This document shows, one piece after another, positions 24,011-40,536 of a stretch of 64,000 nt of DNA. Position numbers and translations under genes: made by a program. Source of the stretch: the human T2T-CHM13v2.0 reference genome, Homo sapiens. Where the stretch lies: the NCBI RefSeq assembly GCF_009914755.1, contig NC_060933.1, one strand, 5' to 3'. The stretch's first letter is position 1. Every line of letters starts with the position of its first letter. Under the pieces are notes generated by a model, which saw only the letters and a list, made by a program, of their open reading frames with translations, was not told the DNA's origin and made no database searches.

Positions 24011-27000
24011 AGTGTGGGCCTTTTTTCTAGACTTTAAATTTTTTTTAAAAAAAATACCTGAAGAATGTACATGGTATAAGACTACAAAGTGTGTATAGTA
24101 CAGAGTAAGTCTCCCTCTTCCTGTCCTTCAAATTCCTTCTGCAGAGGCATCACTGTTGCCAATCCCTTCTATATGCCTCCAGAAATAATCTACAAACGTG
24201 TAAAAGTATTTAGTCTTTTCTTTCGGCATGAATGGGTGCATACTATGTGCACCATTCTGTATCTTGCTTTTTTTCGTTTAGAGCCTTGTTTTAGAGAGCA
24301 TTCCATACCAGTTCATATAGAGCGGCTTTAATGCTAACTCAGATTGTTGGACTCTTCCTCTTGGACGGGTTCTTAGAAATGACCTAGTTCAAGCTTTTAT
24401 TGTGAAGATGGGAACAGTGTGGCCCATAGAGGGCATATGCATTACTCAAGGTTTCTTATTGCTTGATTTTCATTTCAGTGAGCTTTCCATGTTACTATGC
24501 TGTGTATGAGTAAAGGTGTGTGCACATGCACAAATGTGTGAACATATTGGGCCAGTGAGTTAGCTAATATTTATTTAGTGCTTATAATGTGCTATATTTC
24601 ATTTAGGAGTCATAACAAGGGTGAGATACAAATGAGGAGAATGAGGCTTGAGTAGTTAAATAATTTGCCCAGGGTTTCTTGTTCTCCCTGACTCCAAAAC
24701 CCATGCCCTTATATACTGTATTTTACTTCTTCTCTTCCTCTAGGAGGGAACAAGATTGGGAAAGTGGGGAAAAAGGATGAGAAGTGCTGAAAAATGGGCA
24801 GGTGTCAAGTAAAATATTTCCAATAAAACAAGTGACACTGTTGTCTGTCTTGATGGAAAGGCATATTGTGTTGTGTTGGGAGGGGTATGGGTAGCTGGAA
24901 GATTGGTCATTAGGGGCTATGGGTCAAAGGTGCCTGCAAATGTGGTTAGAACATAGAGCTTTGTGATGCAGGCCCAGTCATGAAGGTGTTTCCAATGTAA
25001 CACTGCTAACTGGCTTTACTTCCATAAGGACCAAATTTGCCAGCCAATTTAGCCGGCATCCCACTTCCTCCTTTTAAACTATGGAACATACCACCCAGTT
25101 TCATTGTGAATTCTCAGCTTCTTGTGAAACCTTCCTACTTTCTCCAGGAAAGCATTCCCTTATCTGGCCTTGGAGGACAAAGTCACTTGAACCGTCTTCA
25201 CTGTGTGACAGTTCTGATCTGGGGAAAACATCATTGTGTTTCTCATCTATATTTATAGGGAGGGCTAGTTGTGGTGGAGGCACTCATATCTTACCTCTTG
25301 AACTGGAGACATTGTCAGACAACTTTACAAGTCTGACACTGGTTGATGGCCTTTCTCCAGGAGAGTGTTTGGGAATGAGAACAAGCATGAAGCGGCCTTA
25401 GGCCATCAGATGCCACCATGGCCCAGCCCAGGGCAGAAGGAGAGCCTTTTTGTGGTTGAGGTTGAGGGAATCTCTTCTCCTTTGCCTTTCACAGCCCAGT
25501 GATCTTGTGGTTTTCCTCCTGCATCTGTTTAGAAAAGGGTACATCTTGGCAGGGTTCCTGTCTCTTTTGACTTGTGAATTACAGAGAACATTCACAAGTC
25601 AGGGAAACACATTCACCTAGTTTCCCTCTAGGTAGTCTGAAGGCAGCGTGAAAAACCTCTATAAAGTTGCTTCAGTGCTTCTTTTCATTTGTTGTAATGA
25701 GCACAGACAAGAGCTGTGCACATCCCCAAGAAGGGGAATAGTTATCTTAGGGCATATCTTGGCACAGGCGGAGTCACCCAGCCAGGTCTGTATAATTCGG
25801 AAAAGCATTGGGAAGGTCAAATTCATCCTCAACTTTTCTTTTTTCCCTAATTTCTGAACTTCTACTTCCAGTTTTGGTACAAAGTAAGTATCCCTATAGA
25901 CTGTACCACATTCTGTATTTTTAAGGCAGCATTTTGTACTGGACACAATACATTAAAGGGGAACGCTGGCCAACTGAGCATATGCAGAGAAAAAGTACAT
26001 CTATGGCAAGGACCTGGAAGTCTTGTTGCAAGAGAGCAAGAACGTAACAACAATCTTCTCATTATCTGAAGACTTTCTCTGGAAGCAGAATTACCCTTTC
26101 TCTCTATAGTGCCACAGAGTAGAATTTACAGGAATGGGCAGAAGTTCCAAGGAACCTCAGTTTTAGTAAGATCTTTCTGACTTTGACTCTATACAAAAGG
26201 AGAATGGACAGGCCAATCAAAGTGAGTTGCCATGGGTGCATGCTGGGCTGGGATTCTTGCTCTGGGAGTAAAGTCAGTCCTTAAACCTTGCCAGTCCTCA
26301 CAATTGCTTAAGAAACTCTTGAAAACGTATATCCCTGAAGATCCTGATGCAATGGAACAGAGACCTGGGACACCATGTTTCTAAAAAGACCCCCAGCTGA
26401 TTCTGATAGGCCTCTGAGTCAGTTATGCCATAGATTGCAGCGAAGGAACGTACTGAGGCAGAACACTGCAGGAGGGTGAGGGAAGGAGCCTGAGAGCCAG
26501 AACACCTGGGAGGTGGAGATGATGCCATCAACATGAGAAAAGAGGTCCCAAATATTGATCTTGAGTCTTCTCCTGAGCTGAGGAAAGAGTTACATCAGTA
26601 TTGCAGCTCAGGAAGCAAACTTTTCTCAAGATGAAGAGGAGACTTGGACTCTTTATGAAAGAATTCAAGAGCTAGGATAACCTGGTAGCAACACAAAGAC
26701 TCCCTGTGTTGTACTGCATACTACATCCAGGTTAGTCCTCATGTTACAATGATGATGCCATTCCTAGTCCAATGAAAAATTCTTCCCTATGGAAGAATAT
26801 GCAAGAATATGCATTACATATGGGCTAATACAATGTCAGAACTGGAAAGAACCTTAGATATGTCACATGGTTCAAACCACACCCTCAAGGTCACAAAGCT
26901 GATTAAGAATAGAGTTAGAGTTAAACCTAAGTTTCCTGTTTTCCAAACTGATTTTTCACTTGATGATATTAGGAGATACTTGCATATTTTAATAACATCT

Positions 27001-29399
27001 TACCAAGCAATTCACAGCCAAGTCCAAAGTTGTGGGTTGCGGACAGTCCTCCAATGGAGGTGAGAATGGGGAAGGAGGAGGAAGTGACTATCTAATAAAC
27101 AGTGATCTAATCTACAACCATTGGATAAAGCAAATCAATGCAAGATGTGGAATGCTTAGAGTTAAGTTGCTTCTTGTTCTATATACTATGCTTAATCCTC
27201 CACCCCATAATTATTCCCAGGTCTTTAAAAGGAATATACATCAGCCTGTATAAGTAGTGCTTGGGCTGGAATAGAAAAGAGGGGTGGTTTTCCATCCATG
27301 TTCATATGGATTTAAATAAGTCAAGAACCACAATTCACAGCCAAAAATCAGTAGAAAAGCAGGTGAAGTTGGAAAATGTAATCCTCCATCCCACCTGTTA
27401 GCCCCCCTGGAATCCTTAGATTAGAAATATTTAGACTTTGAGTTATATAAAAATCACCTGGTGTTTGTGTTTATAATAGTTTTTAGGATATTGCTCCCTG
27501 AGATTCTGATTCAGTAGGTCTGGACAGGGCCCAGGTATCTGCATTTTGAACAAGTACCTTTGATGATTCTAACATAGATGCATGCAGACCACAGTCTGAG
27601 AAAATGAGGGAGACCTAATTAGGAGTCTGGTTGAAAGTGTTCTGATGAAACTCCACGAGGAGTTTTTCAAAGCAGTGATAGAATTTATTGAGAATAAATT
27701 CAAATAGAACCTGTTCCATCAGTTAATATTAAGGTTTATATTCAACATGCAATCTACTTTCATCCTAAATTCCACTTGTTTCCACAGAAGAAATATTAGT
27801 ATGTAACAGATTATTATAGCACACACCTCATAAAATACAAATAATACTGAAATGAAAATATATCATTATGCAACACAATTATTGATTCCTTGTTTTGTAC
27901 TTTAGATTAATATATCAGAGATATATTAGGAAATCAATAAATATATATTGAGACTCTATCATGTAGATGACATTAGCTTAGATAGTATGGAATATATAAG
28001 CAAAATAATTGAGAAAGAATTCACATATCCGTAAATAAGAAATAGATAAATAAAATATAGTTTACCTGAACTATGAGATACTGTGTGAACTTTTAAAAAA
28101 TCAACCTTGACATTATATGTGCAAATATGAAAATATATCATTGCGTATAAATAATATAGACCAAGACATACATTAAGATACACAGATAAAAAGAAAAAAA
28201 CTACACCCACATAATGCTATGTATTTGCTAGGGTACGTATATATATGGATGTAAAAGCACATAAATAGATCTAGAAGGACACTTCCTAACCTGATAATAG
28301 TTACCTCATCTCAGTCAGGAGGAAAATGAGCAAAGCAGTAAATGGGAATTTTAACATTGACTGTAATATATCATTTTACTGTAAAATATGAGCATATTAT
28401 TTCTGAAATTTAAAACTAACATTTCTTTTAAAAATATAGATGCAATTTTGAGCCAAATCAAAAGATAAAATTTAAATAATAAAATAGTATCTATTTCTAG
28501 GAACCAATAAGTTATAGATAAGACATAAAATATAGAATATTAACCATAGAATTCCTTAAACACTTCTATACAACTAGAGATAAGATTTGAGGCAAAACAT
28601 GATTAACAACAAAATAAATGCTAGAGAAAATAAGTGGTAGAGAAATTGAGAGAACAGAGATGGTAGAATAATAGGCTATTTAAACAGACCATCCTCCACC
28701 CAAGTTCTAGGATAAGACTTAGTACACTGTGGTAATCAGTACGTTGTTTTGTTTATTAATTTGTTTGGAACGTGTAGTATATTTCCATGGTTCAAACTGC
28801 AAAGCCTATGAAATTGTACACAATGAAAATTCACCTTCCTACCCATCTCCCTTGGCCACCCAATTCAGTGTATTCTTCCAGAGGAATTTTAAGTATATAC
28901 ATAAAATACATATAGACATTCTTCTTCGTCCTTTTTCATAAACATGGTAGCAAATGATTCTCCTGCCTACATCTTGTTTTTTCATTAACAATACATGTTT
29001 GAGAAGATTCATATTACTATATAGAGTACATTCTTTTTCTTTTATTTGCAAGTTCTATGGCTTATTTAAATGGTCTACTATTGATGGAAGTGTAGAGTGT
29101 TGGCATTATTTTGCTGTATAATCAATACATTCCCCAATAAATGGGTCTATCCCTAATTGCTGGTGTCCTCATGTTTCATACTGGGAATCAATATCACATG
29201 TTTATTTGATCATTAGCTACTTTAGGATTAAAGATGTAGACAGGTTCAACAGAGGTTCTTGGTTAGCGAGTGTCTCTATTGACTATCGCAAAGATGGTGA
29301 GATGGGATGAGTTTCTTGATTAGCTAAACTGAAAAAAATAGTGTCTTTCTGAAATAATAAGGCAGGCTATTAGATGCTACCTAACACTTACCCAGCCTG

Positions 29400-30005
29400 T
29401 GGGTAAAGCTATAATGACAGAAAACATAGAAGTGGTTGCTAGGGGCCAAGGTGGGGTCGGGGGAGCTGATTGGCTACAAAGGAACACGAAGACATTTTGG
29501 GGGTGATGAAATTGTATATTATGATTGTGATCGGGGCTATAAAACTGTATACATTTGCCAGGGGCTGGAGGGAGGGGGAAATGGAGAGGTATTAGTCAAA
29601 GTGTATAAAGTTTCAGTTATACAAGACGAATAAATACTAGAGATCTATGGTACAGCATAATGCCTATAGTCAATAATACTGTATTGTATATTTAAAATAT
29701 AGAATAAAAAGTTGCTGAGAGGGTAATCTTATCTTGTGTTTTTATCACAAAAATATAATAATAAGAAAGCAGGAGGAAAATCTTGGACGTGATGGGTAAA
29801 TTCATGGCATAGATAGTTTCATGGATATACACTTATCCACAAACTTATCAATTTGTACATATTAAATATGTAGGCTTTTGTAGGTCAATAATATCTCACT
29901 AAAATGGTTTTTTAAAGATCATATTAAAATTATATATTGAATTGTACACTTAAAATTAGTGAGTTTTATTGTATGTAAATTATATCTCAAAACTACCTGA
30001 TTTTT
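29400..30005 (+). mobile_element. Old L1M 3' end(s), probably two nested copies
   Basis: agtggttgctagggg...gtacagcataatgcctatagtcaataatactgtattgtata...ttattgtatgtaaattatatctcaa. Confidence 0.7.
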
Positions 30006-31379
30006 TTTAAAAGGAGGGTTGTTACCTTCCCATTGGGCCAAGTTAAAGTCATTTTTCAGGAGTAACAGGTCACTGCTGTTACCCCTTTCTCCCCGTACCC
30101 GCTGCACAAAAGTAAGAAATGTCTGGTTAAACATCTTGGGAAAAAACTCTGATTGGTCAGGCTTGGGTAGAGTGTCATCCTTGGACCACTTAACCTTGGT
30201 GAGTAAGATGCAGGCACAAGGTGTAGATAAGGTTACTGGAGATCAAGAAAAAAAAAAAAGATTCTTGAGCCAGATAGACTCTTATTTGATGCCTACCACA
30301 GTGTGCTGGTTCTAATTATCTCTGGGTGCCCAGGCATCTCTTTGCATTTCTTAAAAACCCTGCATATCTGATCTGATATGCTTCTGTGCTGATCTCTAGG
30401 TGCAGAAACCTGGAGAAACACTGTGTGATACACCTGGAGACTATATATAAATCTGAGACCCAGGAAAAAAAATTCTCTTGGCCAAAAAAGAAAGCTGTGG
30501 GAAAGATGCGGAGAAATTTCTTGTGCCATGTATCCCAAAAGAACACACATTTCTTAGAGCCAGGGATGAATATGAGCACTTTGACATTTTCTGCTTCCAA
30601 TGAAGAGACATGTTAAGCCACTGACTCATTCATTTCCCTTACTGCTCTTCAAAGAAACTCATCCCATCTCACCATCTTTGCGATACTCAATAGAGACACT
30701 CGCTGAGTTTTATATCACAAATAACTTGTTCTTTTGGATGAAAGTGTTTGCCGAGGCTGCAGATTCCCCTGGTTGATTCTTTATTTGTGCATTAAAATAT
30801 AATAGATCTGAAGTTTTAATCCTGGACCAGAAAGAACATAAAAGGCGTTTGATGTCTGGTTCATGATGGAGCTCTTCAGGTCTTAGATGATTTCTAAATA
30901 GGTGCCCTTCGCCAAGAATTCAAGCAAGTACTCCAGGGTCAAAGATAAACTGTGTATCCAGAGATGAAAGGACAGTTGTTTCCCTACAAAGCGTCATATC
31001 AGTTTCAGTATCATTCCTGTTTTTTTCTTTTTTTCCTGGCACCACAAAATTGGGGCTGTTTGATGCATTTAACTAAAAATATTTGTATAGGGAAGGGCCC
31101 TTCGTTTTTTTTTTTTTTTTTTTTTTTTGTGAGGAAAAGTGTTATCTCAGAAAAGAGCTGTTAAACTGAGAGGCAAAGCGAAATGAGCATCCACTCAGCA
31201 TCGGGCTGAGAATCCAACATCTGATTGTACTTAGCGGGGAAGGAAACTTAAAAAAAAATCCAACCCAACTTTCATTTCTTGTTCTTTTATCCTTAAGCTC
31301 AGCAATAAACTAGCACCCTTTGGTTAAAAAGTCAAGGGAGCAGATGTGTAATTCTGGTGCTTCAGCGTCTATATTTTAA

Positions 31380-31620
31380 ATGGAGCATGTAAATTATGGG
31401 AACGCCTCGGGGCGCTCTGTGGGGAGAGACTCCAGGAGCATGCGCGGGGCTGCTGTCAGTCATCCTGCATTCCGCCCCCCTTGGGAAAGAGCTGCCTCCA
31501 GGCTGCGGGCTCAGTTGCCTGGAGAATGGTACAAGGGCATCGTCCTGAGGAAGCTGTTCATTTCACAGAGGGAAATAAGTGGCTGAACTGTGCAGGGCTG
31601 TACCACCGAGACCTGCCAGC
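31380..31620. promoter_or_regulatory. Small non-repetitive GC/CpG-rich patch, candidate distal regulatory element
   Basis: A local CpG cluster in an AT-rich context, with adjacent motifs CTGTCAGTCA, GCATTCC and CCGCCCCC. Confidence 0.4.
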
Positions 31621-31929
31621 TGAGACTTAAAAAAGGCAAAGACAGTGTAAGGTCTGGAGTTCTGTCCCAGAAGACCTGGGTTGTGTTCCATTCCTCCTCT
31701 TGCTAGTTATGTGGCCTTAGGGAAGGTACTTAAGAGGTTTCTGCTCTAAAAACTGGGGCTCTAAGTGCCGACTTCAGAGGACTATGAGGAGTATGAATAA
31801 GAAAAGAGTGTGTGTAAAATGCTTAGCTCAATGTTTCTATCTAGGTGTCTACTTTAAAAAATAGAACTCATTACACACAAGAAAGGTGGCAAAGTATTTA
31901 TTAAAGTGTCATTCAAAATTTCAAATTCA

Positions 31930-32241
31930 GGCTTGGCATGGTGGCTGACGCCTGTAATCCCAGTTTGGGCGGCTGAGGCTGGAGGATTGCTTGAACCCAG
32001 GTGTTCAAGACCAGCCTGGGCAACATAGCAAGACCCTCGTCTCTAACCCCTGTGACCAAAAAAAAAAAAAAAATTGCTGAGCGTGTTGGTGGTTGCCTGT
32101 GGTCCCCGCTACTCAGGAGACTGAGTCAAAAGGATTGCTTGCGCCCAGTAGTTCGAGGCCGCAGTGAACTATGATCACGCCACTGCACTCCAGCCTGGGT
32201 GAAAGAGTGAGACCCTGTCTCTAAATAAAAAAAAAATAAAT
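31930..32241 (+). mobile_element. AluJ
   Basis: ggaggattgcttgaacccagg...gcagtgaactatgatcacgcc; TSD aaat(t)tcaaattca. Confidence 0.92.
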
Positions 32242-32370
32242 AAATTCAAATTCAAACACTGGAAAGGACCTTTGAGGCCATCTGGTCTGACATCCTGATT
32301 TAGAGATGGGCATGGCTTGGGGAACAGGAGATGATGGGCAAAGTAGCCTGGAATGTCTGGATGTCCAGCC

Positions 32371-32664
32371 TTTTTTTTTTTTGAGACAGAGTCTCATTCT
32401 GTCACCCAGGCTGGAGTGCAGTAGCGTGATCTTGGCTCACTGAAACCTCCACCTCCCGGGTTCAAGCGATTCTCCTGCCTCAGCCTCCTGAGTAGCTGGA
32501 ATACAGGTGCATGCCACCATGCCTGGCTAATTTTTGTATTTTTAGTAGAGATGGGGTTTCACCATATTGGTCAGGCTGGTCTTGAACTACTGACCTTGTG
32601 ATCTGTCTGCCTCAGCCTCCCAAAGTGCTGGGATTACAGGCATGATCCTGAACTGCAGCCGGCC
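32371..32664 (-). mobile_element. AluS
   Basis: TSD tggatgtccagcctt / tggatgcccagtctt. Confidence 0.92.
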
Positions 32665-34729
32665 TGGATGCCCAGTCTTAATCCAGCGTTCCTTCTTCAA
32701 AACCACACTGCCAGAACCCACTGCCACCAGAGCTGGGCCCACAAGGGCATCATCATCACCTGCTACAGTGCCTGGCATTCAATGAAGGTTTGTTCCATTG
32801 GTAAATGAAACTCAGGGATGCTAGGATGTCACCGGAAGAGATCCTTTTTCACTTAGAACTGTTTCAGCTTCTAAGTCTTTCTGAAGAGTCGATGAGCATA
32901 ACATTGTGAAGTGCTTAATGCATGACACAAGTTATTAAACAATTTAATATGTGAACTGAGCCAAAAAATTTTGGAATACTTTAAGGAAAATTGCTAACTG
33001 ATGTATGAGAATACTGTTGGAACCCTAATCATTATCGGGTAATCCGAAAAAGCTTTTAAAATGCTTATTTTGCAGCTCAGATTAAGTGGTGTTAAATGAG
33101 TTAACAAAGGTTAAAGAATTATGAGTTGCCTAACATCCCACAGAGATATGCTCAGAAAAACAAACAAACAAACAAATGCTTCTCTTGATATCCCGAAATG
33201 CCTCTGGAAATCAGTAGTGGTTTATCTCCTTTTCCTAAGACTTAGGATCAAATAAAGACACTTGTCCCTCTTGTCAAAAAAAGGGACAACCTGGGTTTTA
33301 CCCACAGCCATGCTAGCTTTGTTCCCTTTGCAAATGGAATCCACAGAGTACCCCTTGACTGCCATGCACCACTCCCACCTCTTTCTGCCACTTAAAGTAG
33401 GATGGCCAGCAGAAGGGCACAGTTAGACTCTAAAGGCCTGCCCCAGGATGGGAGTGAGAGTTGGGCTTCAGCGTTCTCAAATGGAGCAACTTCTGTGATT
33501 CTGTCTTTCTTTTTGAAGCAGAGCCAGACAAAATAAATAGGTGGCTCCCCGGGCAACCAAATAACTTAGTGCCTTGATAGTTTTAAAATATGCATCCCAT
33601 GTTTATACAGGCTGTGTGGAAGAAGGATGCGGAAGAAAGACCACTGGCAGTGGCACTCAGCATCTGCTCACTTTTCCCAACCAACGCAACTCCAGTACCA
33701 AACATGATTATCCAGGGTGCAAAACAAAAGCCCTGCACTCTGATTGAGTGGGATATTTGTTCACTCAAATGGTTTAATCACCCTCCTAAGGAGGCACTTT
33801 AAACAGGGTCACCATGAACAGTTTGCAGGTCATATGTAAATGACTTCTGGAGTTGTGCACTACTCTACATTGTGGCCTTGTGACCCTGAGTTTAAACAAC
33901 CCCTATTATTATTCATGTATTTTCCTGGAAGAGGGGCCACACACAGCCCCACCCCACACAATTTATAACTGGATTCTTGTTAACCTCGCAAAGTACTCTC
34001 TGTAACAGGAGTGCTAGGAAAATAATTTTTTCCATCTTGCTATAATTCCAGTGATATTTTTAGCACCTCTTAAATACTAGCACCCCAGGCAACTCCTATC
34101 TGACTCACCCTTAATCTGGCTCTGCATGGAACAGGTATAAAAAGGAGGAAAGAAAAAATTTGTAGTAATGAGAGATCACTGGAGATATATAAAATCTCAT
34201 AAAATACAGATGAACTTCCAATGTGTGATGCTTAGCCAATGTATAAATCACTATTTCTTAGAATGCACCGAAGATCCAAAAAATTAGAAATGAAATCTAT
34301 TTTGGTTCATTTCATGCTTCCTCAAATAACGGAAATAACAAACTATAAACTGTAAAACTTTATATCCTTTCAAAGGTTTTCACGTGTATGATGTCATTTC
34401 TTTTTAACTGAAGCTATAAACTTCTCAGTTCATAATAACTTATTGTCATTTATCACTGGTCTGTGTAACACCCTTCTTATTCTAGTATTTTCCCCCCAAT
34501 CTCCATTGCTAGTCCCCTCCCTGCAGTTTCCAAACTAATATGTTGATAATGAGTCTTTAATGATGCAGATATCATAGTAAAATATTGAGTGCTGTTTGGA
34601 ACATGTTTCTGTTTCTAATTTATCATTCAATCCTGTTTTTTGAGATTGATATTGCTATAACTATGGTTCCCTCATTTTTAACTCCTTTAAGGTATTACAT
34701 AATAAGCATTCACTCTCTTTTAAAAATCT

Positions 34730-37020
<2,291 letters not shown>

Positions 37021-37629
37021 CCTTCATACCATATTGCCTCTCACTCTAAAGAACGAACGGAAGGGGCAAGGAGGGGGGATTATTAGGCATGTGTCCTGTG
37101 CCAAGGAATCCTGATGGGCTGAAGTGAGAATTAGACATTATGGGAAAATTTCAATGAACAATACCAGGGGCAGGTAATCAGTGGTTCTCCAGGGCTTCAT
37201 AGGAAGCAATGGAAGGGGTAGGGAGAGAAGTAATCACATTAAGATGGTAAGGTGGTGTAATTAAAAGAGGAAAAAGTCACTTAAATTTACTGAGTACTTT
37301 TTATGTGTCAGGCTCAGAAGCCATTTTAAAGCTTAAACCTCATAACAACACTGTGAGGTGGTCATTATTTTGCCTGCTTTAAAGAGGAAGAAACAAAGGC
37401 TTAATGAAGTTAGGTAACTTGCCCAGGTTCTTGCAGCTAGAAAGTGCTAATGCCAGGACTCTTTCCAAAGCCCAGGTCTCGTTCCAAAGCGCAGGTCTTT
37501 TCCACATGCCATAGTATGTTCCTTAAAAGATTTCTAATGATAATACAAAGGAGGTATGAAAATGAAACCTAGTCAGTCATCAAAAACACTGAAATAGTTC
37601 TATCTCAATATATACAAATTTGTGAAAAA

Positions 37630-38830
37630 AGAAAATGAACCAGAGGTCCTTTGAGAAATGAGTGATTCCAACTAGAACAGAGAAAGTAAGAGATAAGCTT
37701 GGAACACGTTATTATGCCAGAAAGTAAAAAAGTCCTCATACAAAGTAATGGAGACCTGTGAAAAGGCTATAGGAATCAGCTTGAAGGGGCTGTAGCTGGC
37801 CAAATTTAGAAAAATTTGAGCATCAAAAGAACAGTAATTTATGGAAATCCATTGAATAAAATAATTCACAAGTTTGTGCTGATAATAAATAATAGAAAAA
37901 TAAATAAAAATAAGGGAGAAAAGAAGCTTTTACTTGAGGTAGAATACCAACCTATAAATATGGAGGGAGTGGTATGGTTGGAAAAAATAACTATTTTGCA
38001 ATAATCATAACAAAGATTGTTTTAGGCTTGAATCATCAGTGGATACTATATCTAGGGTATAAATATTGATGCAGATCATGACATTTTCATGGTCTTAAAA
38101 TGTTTACTCCTAGATTACCTATTAGATGGAAGGGAGGAGTGTAGTAAATGTATAGTGGAGAAAGTGGACAACACCTTGATCTAGTAGTAAAAATTAATAT
38201 CACCAGTGATGGACTCGTATGCCTCCAGATGTGATATTTTGAGAAGGACACAACACCACTTTATGTGGTGTTCTGTAGTATACTGTAGTAATATGTGTAG
38301 TATATGCAGTTTGAATTTAATCATAAGGAAACATCAGCCAACCTCAAATTGAGGAGCATTGTATAGAATAGCTGACCCCTGCTGAAAGACTGAGGAACTA
38401 ACTGTTCCAGATTTAAAGAGATTGAAAAGATGTAACATATAAAATCCAACATGTGATTCTTGACAGTATCCTGTACAGGAGAGAGAAATGTTCTAAAAGA
38501 CATTATTGGTATAATTGACAAAACTGGATTATTGGTGGTAGATTAGATAAAACTATTATCATCTATTTTGGATTTCCTGAATTGTGTAGCTAGTGTAGCA
38601 TTGTAAGAGAATATCCTTGCTCTTAAGAAACACATACTAAAGTATTGAGAAAAGGAGTGTTCACAAATGGTTAAGAAAAGAAACCGACGATAAAGTGAAT
38701 ATTGGTAGAAGAAAAAGAAAATATGCCAATATGGAAAAAATTAGTGAAACTGAATAAAGGGTATATGAAAGTTCTCTGTATGATTTTTACATCTTCTTAG
38801 TAAGAATGCAATTATTTCCATATTGAAAAA
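37630..38830 (+). mobile_element. L1MC/MD-like 3' region
   Basis: aatcataaggaaacatcagccaacctcaaattgagg...aaagacattattggtataattgacaaaactgga. Confidence 0.65.
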
Positions 38831-38879
38831 TACTGCAGAAAAATTTAGTACATGTGGTCATTTGTCAAAAATACTGATG

Positions 38880-39090
38880 AGCCTGGGCGACATAGTGGGA
38901 CTCCATATCTACAAAAAATACAAAAATGAGCCAGGTATGGTGACACACACCTGTAGTCTCAGCTACTTGGGAGGCTGAGGCAGGAGGATTGCTTGAGCAC
39001 AGGAGGTCGCCACTGCACTGGAGCCTGGGTGACAGAGTGAGACCCTGTATCAAAAAAAAAAAAAAAAAAAAAAAGAAAAGAAAAAACAAC
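38880..39090 (+). mobile_element. 5'-truncated, internally deleted AluJ
   Basis: TSD aaaaatactgatgag / aaaaattctgatgag. Confidence 0.85.
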
Positions 39091-40181
39091 AAAAAATTCT
39101 GATGAGTTTCGGCAGTCAACATTTGACCCATGACATCTCTATTTCCCTAGGAGAATGAAATAATAGCATTCCTGAAGGGCATATTGGTCCCCAAGACTGA
39201 CTCATTAGGAGTGAAGACTTCCTACTTGTTGTTGGCTTAACTGCCTTTTGCTTGTAGGTTTAGTAACAGAATTATAAAAAGAGGAGCCATTTATTGGGGA
39301 ACAGAGGGTTTTGTTTCCTTACTCAAAATAGAATATGCCAAACCTAACAATTTCAATTTTGCTAAAACTTTAACATCTCAATTCCCCAACATGATATGTT
39401 TATAATAATATTCCTTAAGAAATCACCCCTCTATAGTACCCTGAACTGGTGGGGACTGAAAAACATTTACTCTTTAGTTTAATTTCCAACTGTGTTCCAA
39501 GATTCCATATGGAGTTCAGGATTACTTTTGGGATATGGTTTGAGCAGTAGCAAGGAAGTCACCCTGATTGTATTATCTCTAATATTTTGCCTATCAGAAG
39601 TGAATAGGAATGTTACAAGTTGGGTTGTGTTTCTTTTCTTTGTTGTTTAAAATACATTTGAAAAATTGTGGTAAAATATATATAACATAAAATTTACCAG
39701 TTTAACTTTTTGAAATTATCCAGTTGACCCTTGAACAACACGGGTTTGAACTACACAGATCCACTTATATGTGGATTTTTTTCCCAATAAATACATTAGA
39801 CAATTTTTTGGAAATTTGTAACAATTTGCAAAAACTTGCAGATGAACCCCTATAGCCTGGAAATATTGAAAAAAGAAAACGGTATATCATGAATGCATAA
39901 AATATATGTAGATACTAGTCTATTTTGTCACACACTACCATAAAATATACACAAATCTATTATAAAAAGTTAAAATTTATCAAAACTCACACATACAAAC
40001 ACAGACCATATATGGTACCGTTTACAGTCTAGAGAAATGTAAACAAACATAAAGATGCAGTATTAAATCATAACTGCATAAAATTAACTGTACTACATTC
40101 TGTACTATTGTAATAATTTCATAGCCACCTCCTGTTGCTCAAATATTGTAAGTATCTGCTTAAAACACCATGTGATGCTAA

Positions 40182-40536
<355 letters not shown>

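Noticed and set aside
34130-34145. TATA-like ggtataaaaagg
   Set aside because: An isolated motif in AT-rich DNA with no other promoter or exon evidence.
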